Positions 25,901-37,310 of a stretch of 64,000 bases of DNA are shown here, one piece after another (within the stretch, counting starts at the first letter, position 1; each line of letters begins with the position of its first letter). The translations under genes were made by a program, and so were the position numbers. The notes beneath the pieces were generated by a model that worked only from the letters and a program-made list of their open reading frames with translations, ran no database searches and was not told the origin of the DNA. Source of the DNA: Macrostomum lignano (lineage: Eukaryota); NCBI GenBank assembly GCA_002269645.1, contig NIVC01001315.1, positions 198,703 to 262,702 of the forward strand, read 5' to 3'.

Positions 25901-28900
25901 TGGATAACTGACATTTATTACTCTGGATAACTGACATTTATTACTCTGGATAACTGACATTTATTACTCTGGATAACTGACATTTATTACTCTGGATAAC
26001 TGACATTTATTACTCTGGATAACTGACATTTATTACTCTGGATAACTGACATTTATTACTCTGGATAACTGACATTTATTACTCTGGATAACTGACATTT
26101 ATTACTCTGGATAACTGACATTTATTACTCTGGATAACTGACATTTATTACTCTGGATAACTGACATTTATTACTCTGGATAACTGACATTTATTACTCT
26201 GGATAACTGACATTTATTACTCTGGATAACTGACATTTATTACTACTGGATAACTGACATTTATTACTACTGGATAACTGACATTTATTACTCTGGATAA
26301 CTGACATTTATTACTCTGGATAACTGACATTTATTACTCTGGATAACTGACATTTATTACTCTGGATAACTGACATTTATTACTCTGGATAACTGACATT
26401 TATTACTCTGGATAACTGACATTTATTACTCTGGATAACTGACATTTATTACTACTGGATAACTGACATTTATTACTCTGGATAACTGACATTTATTACT
26501 CTGGATAACTGACATTTATTACTCTGGATAACTGACATTTATTACTACTGGATAACTGACATTTATTACTACTGGATAACTGCCGTCTGTGACATCCACA
26601 TCCTGCAGAGTAACTGCCACATCCTATGGGATAACTATAACATCATATAAAATTATATCTGCCTACTGGATGACTGCCCTATAAATAGAACAATGCTTCT
26701 GCGATATCTGCCTATCTGCCAAACTTACCCGAGACATGCTCTCCAGATTTGAGTCGTCGTGAAAGAGGTGCACATTGACTAAGTCAAAGCTAAGCCGCCC
26801 CACCTGCCAGCGGGTGCGCATGTAGCCTTTGCGAGACCAGGTGCGCTGCGGGCCGAACGGGAGGGTGGGAGCTGCAGGGCCGATTGATATTAAACTGGGG
26901 TAGCACCCGGCACCGGGTGAATAAGGGGCTGAGGTAGGCTAGCACCAGGTGCACATGAGCCCAGGTGGGCTAGCACCAGGTGCACATGAGCCCAGGTGGG
27001 CTAGCACCAGGTGCACATGAGCCCAGGTGGGCTAGCACCAGGTGCACATGACAAATGCAAACACCAATGACAACACACATAGCAGACAACACACATGGCA
27101 GACAACTCACATTGGGAAAAAGTTCCAATGGAAATTTCTGCTTGTCCTTTTCGCCCACCGATTCGATGGAACCGTCGTAGACCTGAAAGCAACGTCGGCG
27201 TGCGTTACATGACAAGATTTCAACGAGAGAACTTTATAATCGTATGAGAGAAAAGGAGCAATACGAAGGTAAAGATTCAGATCCTCAGTTGCTGGGCCAG
27301 CCTCCCAGATCCCCAGTCGCTGGGCCAGCCTCCCAGATCCTCAGTTGCTGGGCCAGCCTCCCAGATCCCCAGTCGCTGGGCCAGCCTCCCAGATCCTCAG
27401 TTGCTGGGCCAGCCTCCCAGATCCCCAGTCGCTGGGCCAGCCTCCCAGATCCTCAGTTGCTGGGCCAGCCTCCCAGATCCCCAGTCGCTGGGCCAGCCTC
27501 CCAGATCCTCAGTTGCTGGGCCAGCCTCCCAGATCCCCAGTCGCTGGGCCAGTCCCCCAGATCCTCAGTTGCTGGGCCAGCCTCCCAGATCCTCAGTCGC
27601 TGGGCCAGTCCCCCAGATCCTCAGTTGCTGGGCCAGCCTCCCAGATCCTCAGTTGCTGGGCCAGTCCCCCAGATCCTCAGTTGCTGGGCCGCCCTATCAG
27701 ATCCTCAGTTGCTGGGCCGCCCTATCAGATCCTCAGTTGCTGGGCCGCCCTATCAGATCCTCAGTTGTTGGGCCGCCCTATCAGATCCTCAGTTGCTGGG
27801 CCGCCCTATCAGATCCCCTGTCGCTGGGCCAGCTTCCCAGATCCCCAGTCGCTAGGCCTCGCTCCTGACTCTTTCTAATTAATCAATCCAGCACAATATC
27901 GTAAAAGCCGCAGCCTCGGCGTGCTGCAATACGGACGAGGCGATCCCAGCGCATCAGCTGGAGCCGCCAGAAGGCAAAAATCTGGCAGCCGTTTTTGGCA
28001 GACGGGTTTGAGCCGTTGCTGGGGCTCCGGGCGGCTTAGAGATTAATGGCTGGGGTTTGGCCTCGCAGACTCAGTGGGGAATCAAAAGTGCACGGGAGAA
28101 CTCAGAGTTCGGAGCAGAGCAGAGACGATGGCTGCTCAAATATTTATTGACATCGGGCTGGCTTTGAAGAGCCGAGAGAGGCGTCAGTCCGCCTGGAGCG
28201 GGTCGATAGCCAAAGGCAAGTCAAACAGATCCGGGTGGAAGCAGATTTCGGAGTGCAAAGAAGCCACATATCTCGGAGCAGACTCTGCAGTATCAGATGG
28301 CGCGGATATAAAAGAGCCACCATGTCAGACAATCCGGGTCAGATTTTCAGTGTGGGTCAGGGTGAGATTCTCAGTGTGGGTCAGGGTCAGATTCTCAGTG
28401 TGGGTCAGGGTCAGATTCTCAGTGTGGGTCAGGGTGAGATTCTCAGTGTGGGTCAGGGTCAGATTCTCAGTGTGGGTCAGGGTGAGGTTCTCAGTGTGGG
28501 TCAGGGTCAGATTCTCATTGTGGGTCAGGGTGAGATTCTCAGTGTGGGTCAGGGTGAGATTATCAGTGTGGGTCAGGGTGAGATTCTCGGTGTGGGTCAG
28601 GGTGAGATTCTCAGTGTGGGTCAGGGTGAGATTCTCAGTGTGGGTCAGGGTGAGATTCTCAGTGTGGGTCAGGGTGAGATTCTCAGTGTGGGTCAGGGTC
28701 AGGGTGAGATTCTCAGTGTGGGTCAGGGTCAGGGTGAGATTCTCAGTGTGGGTCAGGGTCAGGGTGAGATTCTCAGTGTGGGTCAGGGTGAGTTTCTCAA
28801 TGTGGGTCAGGGTGAGATTCTCAGTGTGGGTCAGGGTGAGATTCTCAGTGTGGGTCAGGGTGAGATTCTCAGTGTGGGTCAGGGTGAGATTCTCAGTGTG

Positions 28901-31900
28901 GGTCAGGGTGAGATTCTCAGTGTGGGTCAGGGTGAGATTCTCAGTGTGGGTCAGGGTGAGATTCTCAGTGTGGGTCAGGGTCAGGGTGAGATTCTCAGTG
29001 TGGGTCAGGGTGAGATTCTCAGTGTGGGTCAGGGTGAGATTTTCAATAATTATCAATACCATGGGTTCTCAGTTGGGTTCAAAATAAACCTGAATGTCCG
29101 TCACGAGAGCTCCCAGACTCACCTTGGTGTCTTTAACGTTGACAAAGTCGGAGCTGGCGAAGTCCCAGATGCGGATGTCAACAACTCGCGAGTGTACGAA
29201 GTAAAGCGAGCCCAGGGCCTGTGGAGGGATGGGATCAGTGAGTCATGGCTCTGTGGGATCAGTGAGTCATGGCTATATGGGTGCTGTGGGCGATATATCT
29301 ATGGGTGGTGTCGGTTTTTATAACTCTGTAGATTTTGTGAGCCTGTGTGTGACGGTCATGGCTCTTTGATGGTTGGGTCATGGCTCTGTGCTGTCTAAGA
29401 ATGTGTGATTCTCGTTTCTGTGGTCCACAACAGACTCAGAGCCAGCACGAACCGTAAAGGTTTCAGCAGTTTTGAAGTCTTCATCTAGGAATATGCGAAC
29501 TCTGTCATAGCTGTTTAGGTCTGGCGACGCCAGGAGATCTCTGCAAAATTGATTACAGGTGAGTCATTGATAAATGCCAATATCATTCAAAATCAACTAA
29601 TTCCTTACTAAAGCAATAAATCAATCAATCTCCTCCCCATTGATCATCAATCAATCAATCGATCTGCTCGCCCATCGATCATCAATCAATCAATCTGCTA
29701 GCCCATCGATCATCAATCAATAAATCTGCTAGCCCATCGATCATCAATCAATCAATCAATCTGCTCGCCCACCGATCATCAATCAATCAATCTGCTCGCC
29801 CATCGATCATCAATCAATCAATCTGCTCGCCCACCGATCATCAATTAATTAGTCTGCTCGCCCATCGATCATCAATCAATCAATCAATCTGCTCGCCCAC
29901 CGAGCATCAATTAATCAATCTCCTCCTCATCGATCATCAATCAATCAATCAGTCTGCTCGCCCATCGATCATCAATCAATCAATCAATCTGCTCGCCCAC
30001 CGATCATCAATTAATCAATCTGCTCGCCCACCGATCATCAATCAATCAATCTGCTCGCCCACCGATCATCAATTAATCAATCTGCTCGCCCACCGATCAT
30101 CAATTAATCAATCTGCTCGCCCATTGATCAACAATCAATCAATCAGTCTGCTCGCCCACCGATCATCAATCAATCAATCAATCTGCTCGCCCACCGATCA
30201 TCAATCAATCAATCTGCTCGCCCACCGATCATCAATCAATCAATCTGCTTGCCCACCGATCATCAATTAATCATTCTGCTCGCCCATTGATCATCAATCA
30301 ATCAATCTGCTCGCCCACCGATCATCAATCAATCAATCTGCTCGCCCACCGATCATCATCAATCAATCAATCTGCTCGCCCATCGATCATCAATCAATCA
30401 GTCTGCTCGCCCATCGATCATCAATCAATCTCCTCCTCATCGATCATCAATCAATCAATCAATCTGCTCGCCCATTGATCATCAATCAATCAATCTGCTC
30501 GCCCATCGATCATCAATCAATCAATCAATCTGCTCGCCCATTGATCATCAATCAATCAATCTGCTCGCCCATCGATCATCAATCAATCAATCTGCTCGCC
30601 CATCGATCATCAATCAATCAATCAATCTGCTCGCCCATTGATCATCAATCAATCAATCTGCTTGCCCATCGATCATCAATCAATCAATCTGCTCGCCCAT
30701 CGATCATCAATCAATCAATCAATCTGCTCGCCCATTGATCATCAATCAATCAATCTGCTCGCCCGCCGATCATCAATCAATCAGTCTGCTCGCCCATCGA
30801 TCATCAATCAATCAATCAATCTGCTCGCCCACCGATCATCAATCAATCAATCTGCTCGCCCACCGATCATCAATCAATCAATCTGCTTGCCCACCGATCA
30901 TCAATTAATCATTCTGCTCGCCCATTGATCATCAATCAATCAATCTGCTCGCCCACCGATCATCAATCAATCAATCTGCTCGCCCACCGATCATCAATCA
31001 ATCAATCTGCTCGCCCATCGATCATCAATCAATCAATCAATCTGCTCGCCCACCGATCATCAATCAATCAATCAATCTGCTTGCCCACCGATCATCAATT
31101 AATCATTCTGCTCGCCCACCGATCATCAATCAATCAGTCTGCTCGCCCATCGATCATCAATCAATCAATCAATCTGCTCGCCCACCGATCATCAATCAAT
31201 CAGTCTGCTCGCCCATCGATCATCAATCAATCAATCAATCTGCTCGCCCACCGATCATCAATCAATCAATCTGCTCGCCCACCGATCATCAATCAATCAA
31301 TCTGCTCGCCCATCGATCATCAATCAATCAATCAATCTGCTCGCCCACCGATCATCAATCAATCAATCAATCTGCTTGCCCACCGATCATCAATTAATCA
31401 TTCTGCTCGCCCATTGATCATCAATCAATCAGTCTGCTCGCCCACCGATCATCAATCATCACAGTAATCTTACTGAATCCACTTTTTCACGTTCGGCATT
31501 GACTGGGCAAAGTTTTTACCGCCGACCTCCTGGCAGTGCAGAGCGATGAAGTCGGGGTCTTTGTCCCTGACGACCTGCATAATTGGCAGTTTGTGCACTC
31601 TTGACATCCAGATATCAAATACCCTCGGCAAAATGTTAAAGTTTCCACCCCGGAAACCAGTGGGCAACTTTTTTCTCAGATCTCAGAGCCGCAAGTGACG
31701 CAATTTACACCAGGCCCGCGGTTCTCGTCTCAAAGGTGGGCGATGGTGCGATTCGCGTCACAAAGCCCTACTTTAGGAGAAGGAAGTCTCCAGTCTGGCT
31801 AGAGTTAGATTAAACCTGCCCCTTGTTGACCACCGGTTTCGAGATGGTAAACTTTGTCGAGAATAGCTTAAATTTTTAAACATGCAGCATAATTTTTGTT

Positions 31901-32497
31901 TGTTTTAAACAACGCACCTGATAGAACTGATTCAGCCACTTCTTGAAGAGGTTCTCGGGCTAAAATTTGAAATGTGATTCTAGAGATAGGGAGGACAGGC
32001 AGTACAGTTCACGAATTTAAAACAGTTGTTATAATTTTTTACATCTGTTAGAAGATTGATTCAAATATTTTATAGAATTTTAAAGTTTTGCTATGGAAAA
32101 AAGGTATGGTTGTAAAGATTTATAGCAAATCCCAGATGTTTATAAGGATGTAATATGAACAGTCTGATGCAAATTAGCTACTAGTAAAAATCCATGAAAA
32201 TTATATCTATAGAATAGTTTAGTTATAAACACAAAATACTCTATTAGTTTAAAAATGAACTAAAAAAGTACAAATAACAAACCTAAATCAATGTCAATGA
32301 CATCATCAGTTATTAACTAGATTGTTGTTTAATGTTTTAATGAAATTATGTTAAAAACAAAGTAAAACCTATATTAAATAAATCAATCAACCAGGATGAT
32401 CATACTAAAATTTATTTGCCTTATCAGCAATAGCACTTACATCATCAAACAATGATCCGACATTTGCTGAGATAAGAAGGGTTTTAAGGTTTTTCAT
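19932..32497 (-). CDS. INPP5A: Type I inositol-1,4,5-trisphosphate 5-phosphatase (about 459 aa, 11 coding exons)
   Basis: Exons 32497-32441, 31959-31918, 31574-31474, 29540-29453, 29218-29123, 27182-27111, 26845-26729, 24653-24510, 23598-23416, 23137-22834 and 20107-19932; all GT-AG with matching phases, 1380 nt in total. Motifs [86 protein letters not shown] and GDHKPV. Confidence 0.95.
20270..21690. repeat. Purine-rich 17-21-bp minisatellite, INPP5A intron 10
   Basis: Core gagacaggcggtgaggg(a/g)ag. Confidence 0.95.
22262..22790. repeat. 15-bp minisatellite, INPP5A intron 10
   Basis: Unit accagctacaggtg(c/t). Confidence 0.95.
23625..24460. repeat. 33-bp minisatellite, INPP5A intron 8
   Basis: Unit ggggacctgagcctgggggaattccacaggggaat-type, about 25 copies. 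Confidence 0.95.
24680..26582. repeat. Compound 24-bp then 23-bp minisatellite, INPP5A intron 7
   Basis: atctgccgtctgtgactactggat (24680-25215) grading into ggataactgacatttattactct (25205-26582). Confidence 0.95.
26935..27050. repeat. 31-bp repeat, INPP5A intron 6
   Basis: Unit gcaccaggtgcacatgagcccaggtgggcta, about 3.5 copies. Confidence 0.9.
27278..27855. repeat. 28-bp minisatellite, INPP5A intron 5
   Basis: Unit cctcccagatcctcagttgctgggccag, about 20 copies. Confidence 0.95.
28335..29045. repeat. 24-bp minisatellite, INPP5A intron 5
   Basis: Unit gattctcagtgtgggtcagggtga, with +6 bp variants. Confidence 0.95.
29615..31460. repeat. (TCAA)n-containing minisatellite, INPP5A intron 3
   Basis: Unit ctgctcgccca(c/t)cgatca(tcaa)2-4t, variable length. 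Confidence 0.95.
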
Positions 32498-33315
32498 TGC
32501 AAGAGACTGTGCCTTGTAACTTGAATACATTTTAAATTCTAATCTAATACTGCATTGTTGGTAATAAGAAATGACAATGCAACTACGACAACAGATACCA
32601 AAATGCAACGTTTTTTAAAGACTTTATTTTGAACTGATCCCACTTTTGCGTTTTAAAGAAAATTTTATCCCTTTCAAATAAAGCGTTTTATAAAGTAGAC
32701 AAATGATGCTGCGTTTCTTACAGTCCAGCTAAGTATACTTAAAATGAATACAGAAGTGGCAAATTTAATAAAAAGAAACACTTAAAAAACGAGGAACAAT
32801 TACTTCGAATCAGTCAAATAAATGTAATGTATTTCATAAAACTGTATTTGTGACTTTAAAACGTTAGGTATCGTACCTCAAAGACCAAACATTACAGTTT
32901 TTCATGGAATATTTTTTGTATTTTGATATTTTCAATTGAACTTTGCTGAATTTTCGCTTAGTTATTTACCAGTTTTGATTGCAGTTTACTTTATATCAAA
33001 AACACACTACAAGGGTTTACTCTAAAGCTTATTTTATTTCTTGTGTATTCTTCAATGTCTATTTTTTCGTTTGTTATATTTTGTTAAATTTACATTGCTA
33101 CCGTAAAACTAGCATCGTTTGATTATAGCTATAAGTATACGAGTATATTAATAGTAAACCTCTTAAATTTCCTCTTAAAGGTTTTCTTAGTAAAATTTGT
33201 GTACGTTAATACTTTACTGGTTGCTAAATCAAACCCTGAACTCAAACCAAATACAAATTGACATGGAAAGCCGATCCTGTGCGGACTGTACTACTGTACA
33301 TGTAGTGCTCTGACA

Positions 33316-34394
33316 GGGTCCACCCCAACTGCCAGCCGGAAAACTGCCAGCTGGAAAACTGCGAGCCGACAACTGCCAGCCGGAAAACTGCCAGCCGACA
33401 ATTGCCAGCCGACAACTGCCAGTCGACAACTGCCAGTCGACAATTGCCAGCCGAGAAAACTGCCAGCCGGAAAACTGCCAGCCGACAACTGCCAGTCGAC
33501 AATTGCCAGTCGACAATTGCCAGCCGAGAAAACTGCCAGCCGGAAAACTGCCAGCCGACAACTGCCAGTCGACAACTGCCAGCCGACAAGTTCTAGATAA
33601 TTGAATCTACTGTAGCCTACTTATTAGCTAAGTAAAAAGCACGAAACTGTTTGGCTAGTAAAAGGCTTGTGGGGTAGCCTTAAATGTCGCCCTTCCCTTC
33701 CCTAAATTTTTCAGATTTTCTGTAATGCCTATTGTAAATATTTCTGTATTGAAAGTTTATTTACTTTATTATTTAATTTGCGATTGCGATTACTATATGA
33801 CGCAATCCTAGATAAGTCTATTAAATTACTTTACTTAAATAAAGCTTTCAAAGAAAGAGCAAAGGCTACCTAAAATACGAAATTTGAATGCCTTCTCCTT
33901 CACATCCATACTTCTAATGGAAATCTGAAAAATTTAGGGAATGGAAGGGCGACATTTAAGGCTACCCCACAAGCCTTTTGCTAGCCAAACAGTTTCGTGC
34001 TTTTTACTTAGCTAATAAGTAGGCTACAGTAGATTCAATTATCTAGAACTTGTCGGCTGGCAGTTGTCGGCTGGCAGATTTCTCGGCTGGCAGTTGTCGG
34101 CTGGCAGTTTTCCGGCTGGCAGTTTTCTCGGCTGACAATTGTCGACTGGCAATTGTCGACTGGCAGTTGTCGGCTGGCAGTTTTCCGGCTGGCAGTTTTC
34201 TCGGCTGGCAATTGTCGGCTGACAGTTGTCGGCTGGGAGTTGTCGGCTGGCAATTGTCGGCTGGCAGTTGTCGACTGGCAGTTGTCGGCTGGCAATTGTC
34301 GGCTGGGAGTTGTCGGCTGGCAATTGTCGGCTGGCAGTTTTCCGGCTGGCAGTTGTCGGCTGGCAGTTTTCCGGCTGGCAGTTGGGGTGCTCCC
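33316..34394. mobile_element. Foldback/MULE-type non-autonomous element (1079 bp palindrome)
   Basis: Arms are near-perfect inverted copies (aactgccagccgac repeats plus about 125 bp of unique sequence). Termini gggtccaccccaac / gttggggtgctccc. Exact 9-bp TSD GCTCTGACA at 33307-33315 and 34395-34403. Confidence 0.85.
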
Positions 34395-35010
34395 GCTCTG
34401 ACATTCATCAGGACAAAACTGATTCTGCAGTGGGCATTCGATAGTTTTCTTGAGATTTTACTTTTTACAATAAACCAATCACAATGCAGTCACAATTTAA
34501 ATGCGTGTAGTAATGCAGGCCTCATGTAAGCTTTGCTTTACAAGTCCGCTGAATACATTGTAAATGCGCATGCTAACCCAATTGCATAGATTACCGCAAA
34601 AATGTTCTTCTTGAACAAATTTATAAAATTAAGACGCAAATTGAATAGGGCAAAATCAGTCATGGCAACCGGCCGCTTGTAGCCAAGCTCACCGATGGAA
34701 TCCGGAGCCGCGTACATGCACGTAACTTTTTACTTAATAGAAGATTGGTACCTGAACGACAGTCAATAATCAAGTGGTTTTAGATAAGCACCTCGAGAAG
34801 TATTCGTATGGTCCTTCAGATGAAAACTTCGGACTAAGCCAATTAAAGTTCTTAAAAAGTATATTTTCATAAGAAAACCAGTATAAAGTGTTTTGTTGTT
34901 CCAATTAGACATTTTTGCTGAAAAATTAAAATAATCAACTTGTATATATAGTAAGAGTCTAGAGTCGCTAACTATCTGCAATTTAGAGTTTCTCCTGGTT
35001 GAATTTCAGA

Positions 35011-37073
35011 TCACACAGGAGTGACACCTTTCACTGCCTTATTGTACTTAAAGAACAAAAAGCCCAGAGCGGCCCCGGTGAGGAGGTTCGTGGGCAGCAA
35101 AACGCCCAGAGTGATTGCCGCGGCCGTGTTGAAAACGAAGTTGCAGCTGGGGACCGGACCAATCGGTGGCCTTGTGCTGGGCTCAGGCGTTGCCGTTGTG
35201 GCGGTGGTCGTGGTCGAGGTCGTTGTCGAGGTCATGGCCGTGGTGGTGGGAGAAGACTCAACCAGAGTGTTTACATAGTTAAGCGTTTGATCCCAGAAGC
35301 CGCAGTCGTCACGTCGGAAGCCATACGGCACGTTGTAGCTCGACGCAAAAGTTTCAAGGTCGATAGTGAAGTTGTGGTAGAACCGGTGGCTGCTGTTGTA
35401 CTTGGCCCAGACTTCCTCCTCGTCCCTAGGCACGGGATCGCCCGTCTCAACAAACTTGGCCAGGTAGTCCATCATGCGGACAGACAGATCGGCCTGCTCG
35501 GGTTTTACGATCGGAGCATCGTCGGTCGGGTTTCCGAAGAAGTAGTACGCGTCCGAGCCGTGAGAGGCGCCGATGTAGTTGGGTGTGTTGTCCTGCTCCG
35601 AGAACACGTAGAAGTAGACGTCGTTCGACGTTCCCTGCATTAAAAAATAGTTCGAAAATGCTGCAATCATACACTGCTCAGAGTTGCATGACTAGTTAAA
35701 GCGATATTACAGATGCTAGATAAGCTAACCTGGTTCTTCTCGGACATCTTCTCGGCGAACTCGTTCGCAGCGCTCACGAAGAGCCGATCAGAGGCTCCAT
35801 CCAGCCACCGCTTGTACTGCGCCGGTCCCGATGGGTTTCCGAAGTCCGTCAGTCGGTCGTACATCACATTCTGTCCAGTAACGCTCAGTAGGTCCGGTTG
35901 CCTCTCGTAGTACCTGAACTGGTCCCGGAGCACTCTCTCATAAGTGGCCCTGTCAGCCAGCTGGTCCTGTGTGAGCTTCTGCGACTCCAGGCTGCGCTCA
36001 ACGTACACAGCAGCTTCTGCATTCGTCACTCCAATCATGAGACTCATCCCCTCAAAACGACCATTACGGAAGGCCTCAATGGGATCCTCCTTGATGTAGT
36101 CACCGTCGATGACTGGAGGAAACTCGACGCCCTGGAACAGACGGTTGTAGTTAAGCTGCTCGTTGACAAGCTTCTCGGGGGAAACCTCACGAAGGCACTG
36201 GATTGTGGCATTGAAGTCGCCCTGATCCGGAAGAGGGCAGCTGAGCTGACGGACGGCAAAGTCCAAGTGAAGCCTCTCTACTAGGCTGGTGTCGTTCCGC
36301 ACCGACCAGAAGACCATCGGAGAGCCGCCCAGCATGACGGCTCGCTTGAAGTACGTCTTCGTATTATCGTTCAGCATGTGGTACCCGACGGCTGCAGCTC
36401 CGGCGTCCAGACCCATCAGCGTCACCGTCTGCAGGTTTCCTCCGAACCTCTCGATGTTTTTATGCACGAACTCGAGTCCCAAGGCCTGATCTTTCAAGCC
36501 CATGTTTCCAGGCGCCACGGTAGAACTGAGTCGAAGAAAGCCGAGTACGCCAAGTCGGTACTGGAGACTCACGGTGACGATCGACTCGTGGGCTGTTAGA
36601 ACACGGCCCGAATTGATTTCTTCGATGATGGAGCCGGTCTCGAAGCGGCCTCCATGGATCCACACGAGCACTGGGTAGCTTCCGGGGTTCGAGGAGGTTC
36701 CGTTGTACGGCGTCCAGATGTTGGCAGCGATGCAGCTCTCCGACATGGACTGGTAGTCTCCGCTCGCTCCGGGGTCTTGGTAGCACCTGCGGTCGAAATC
36801 GAGCACATCCTGGACGAAGTCCCAATTGGTGAAGACGGGATGAGCAAATCGAAACTCTCCGGTGGGAACCTTGGCGAAGTTGATGCCGAGGAAGGAACCG
36901 ATGTGTACCATGTTTTTGTCTCCAGATCCTTTTGTCTCAATCACGGCGCCTCTGATAGGGCCTTGAGTTGTGGTGACGTTGAGGTACCGCACGATGGTGA
37001 AGTTCCTCTGGGCAGAGACCGCCGCGGCTGACAGAGCCAGCAGCAGCAGCAGGGTAGTGAGGGTCGATTCCAT
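35011..37073 (-). CDS. Cholinesterase-like (carboxylesterase type B) type I membrane protein A, catalytic Ser replaced (about 655 aa)
   Basis: Exons 37073-35730 and 35634-35011. Signal peptide; FLGINFAKVP.GEFRF, VLVWIHGGRF, QYRLGVLGFL, GNMGLKDQALGL, nucleophile elbow GLDAG (for GESAG), GASHGSD; Thr-rich stalk; TM helix; tail KYNKAVKGVTPV. Confidence 0.9.
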
Positions 37074-37310
37074 GGCCAGTCTGTGTGGTGTGAGAGGTCT
37101 CTGGATCTGCTCCGCGGCCTCTGGCTCGGGCGAACGCAGCTAATATTTCTGCGCTGATTAGATACTGTAAGTTTGTTTTTAGTAACCAAGGCAACTAGAA
37201 TTTTAACTTTTATTGATAAGGCCTTAGTAGACATATTGGTCTTCGCTCAGAGGCGCATTTGGTTTCACAAAAATTAATTTTGGAAACGCCACTCAATACC
37301 AGCAATTTCG

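Noticed and set aside
28074-29323. RVRFSVWV / GQGEILSV repeat ORFs
   Set aside because: 24-bp intronic array.
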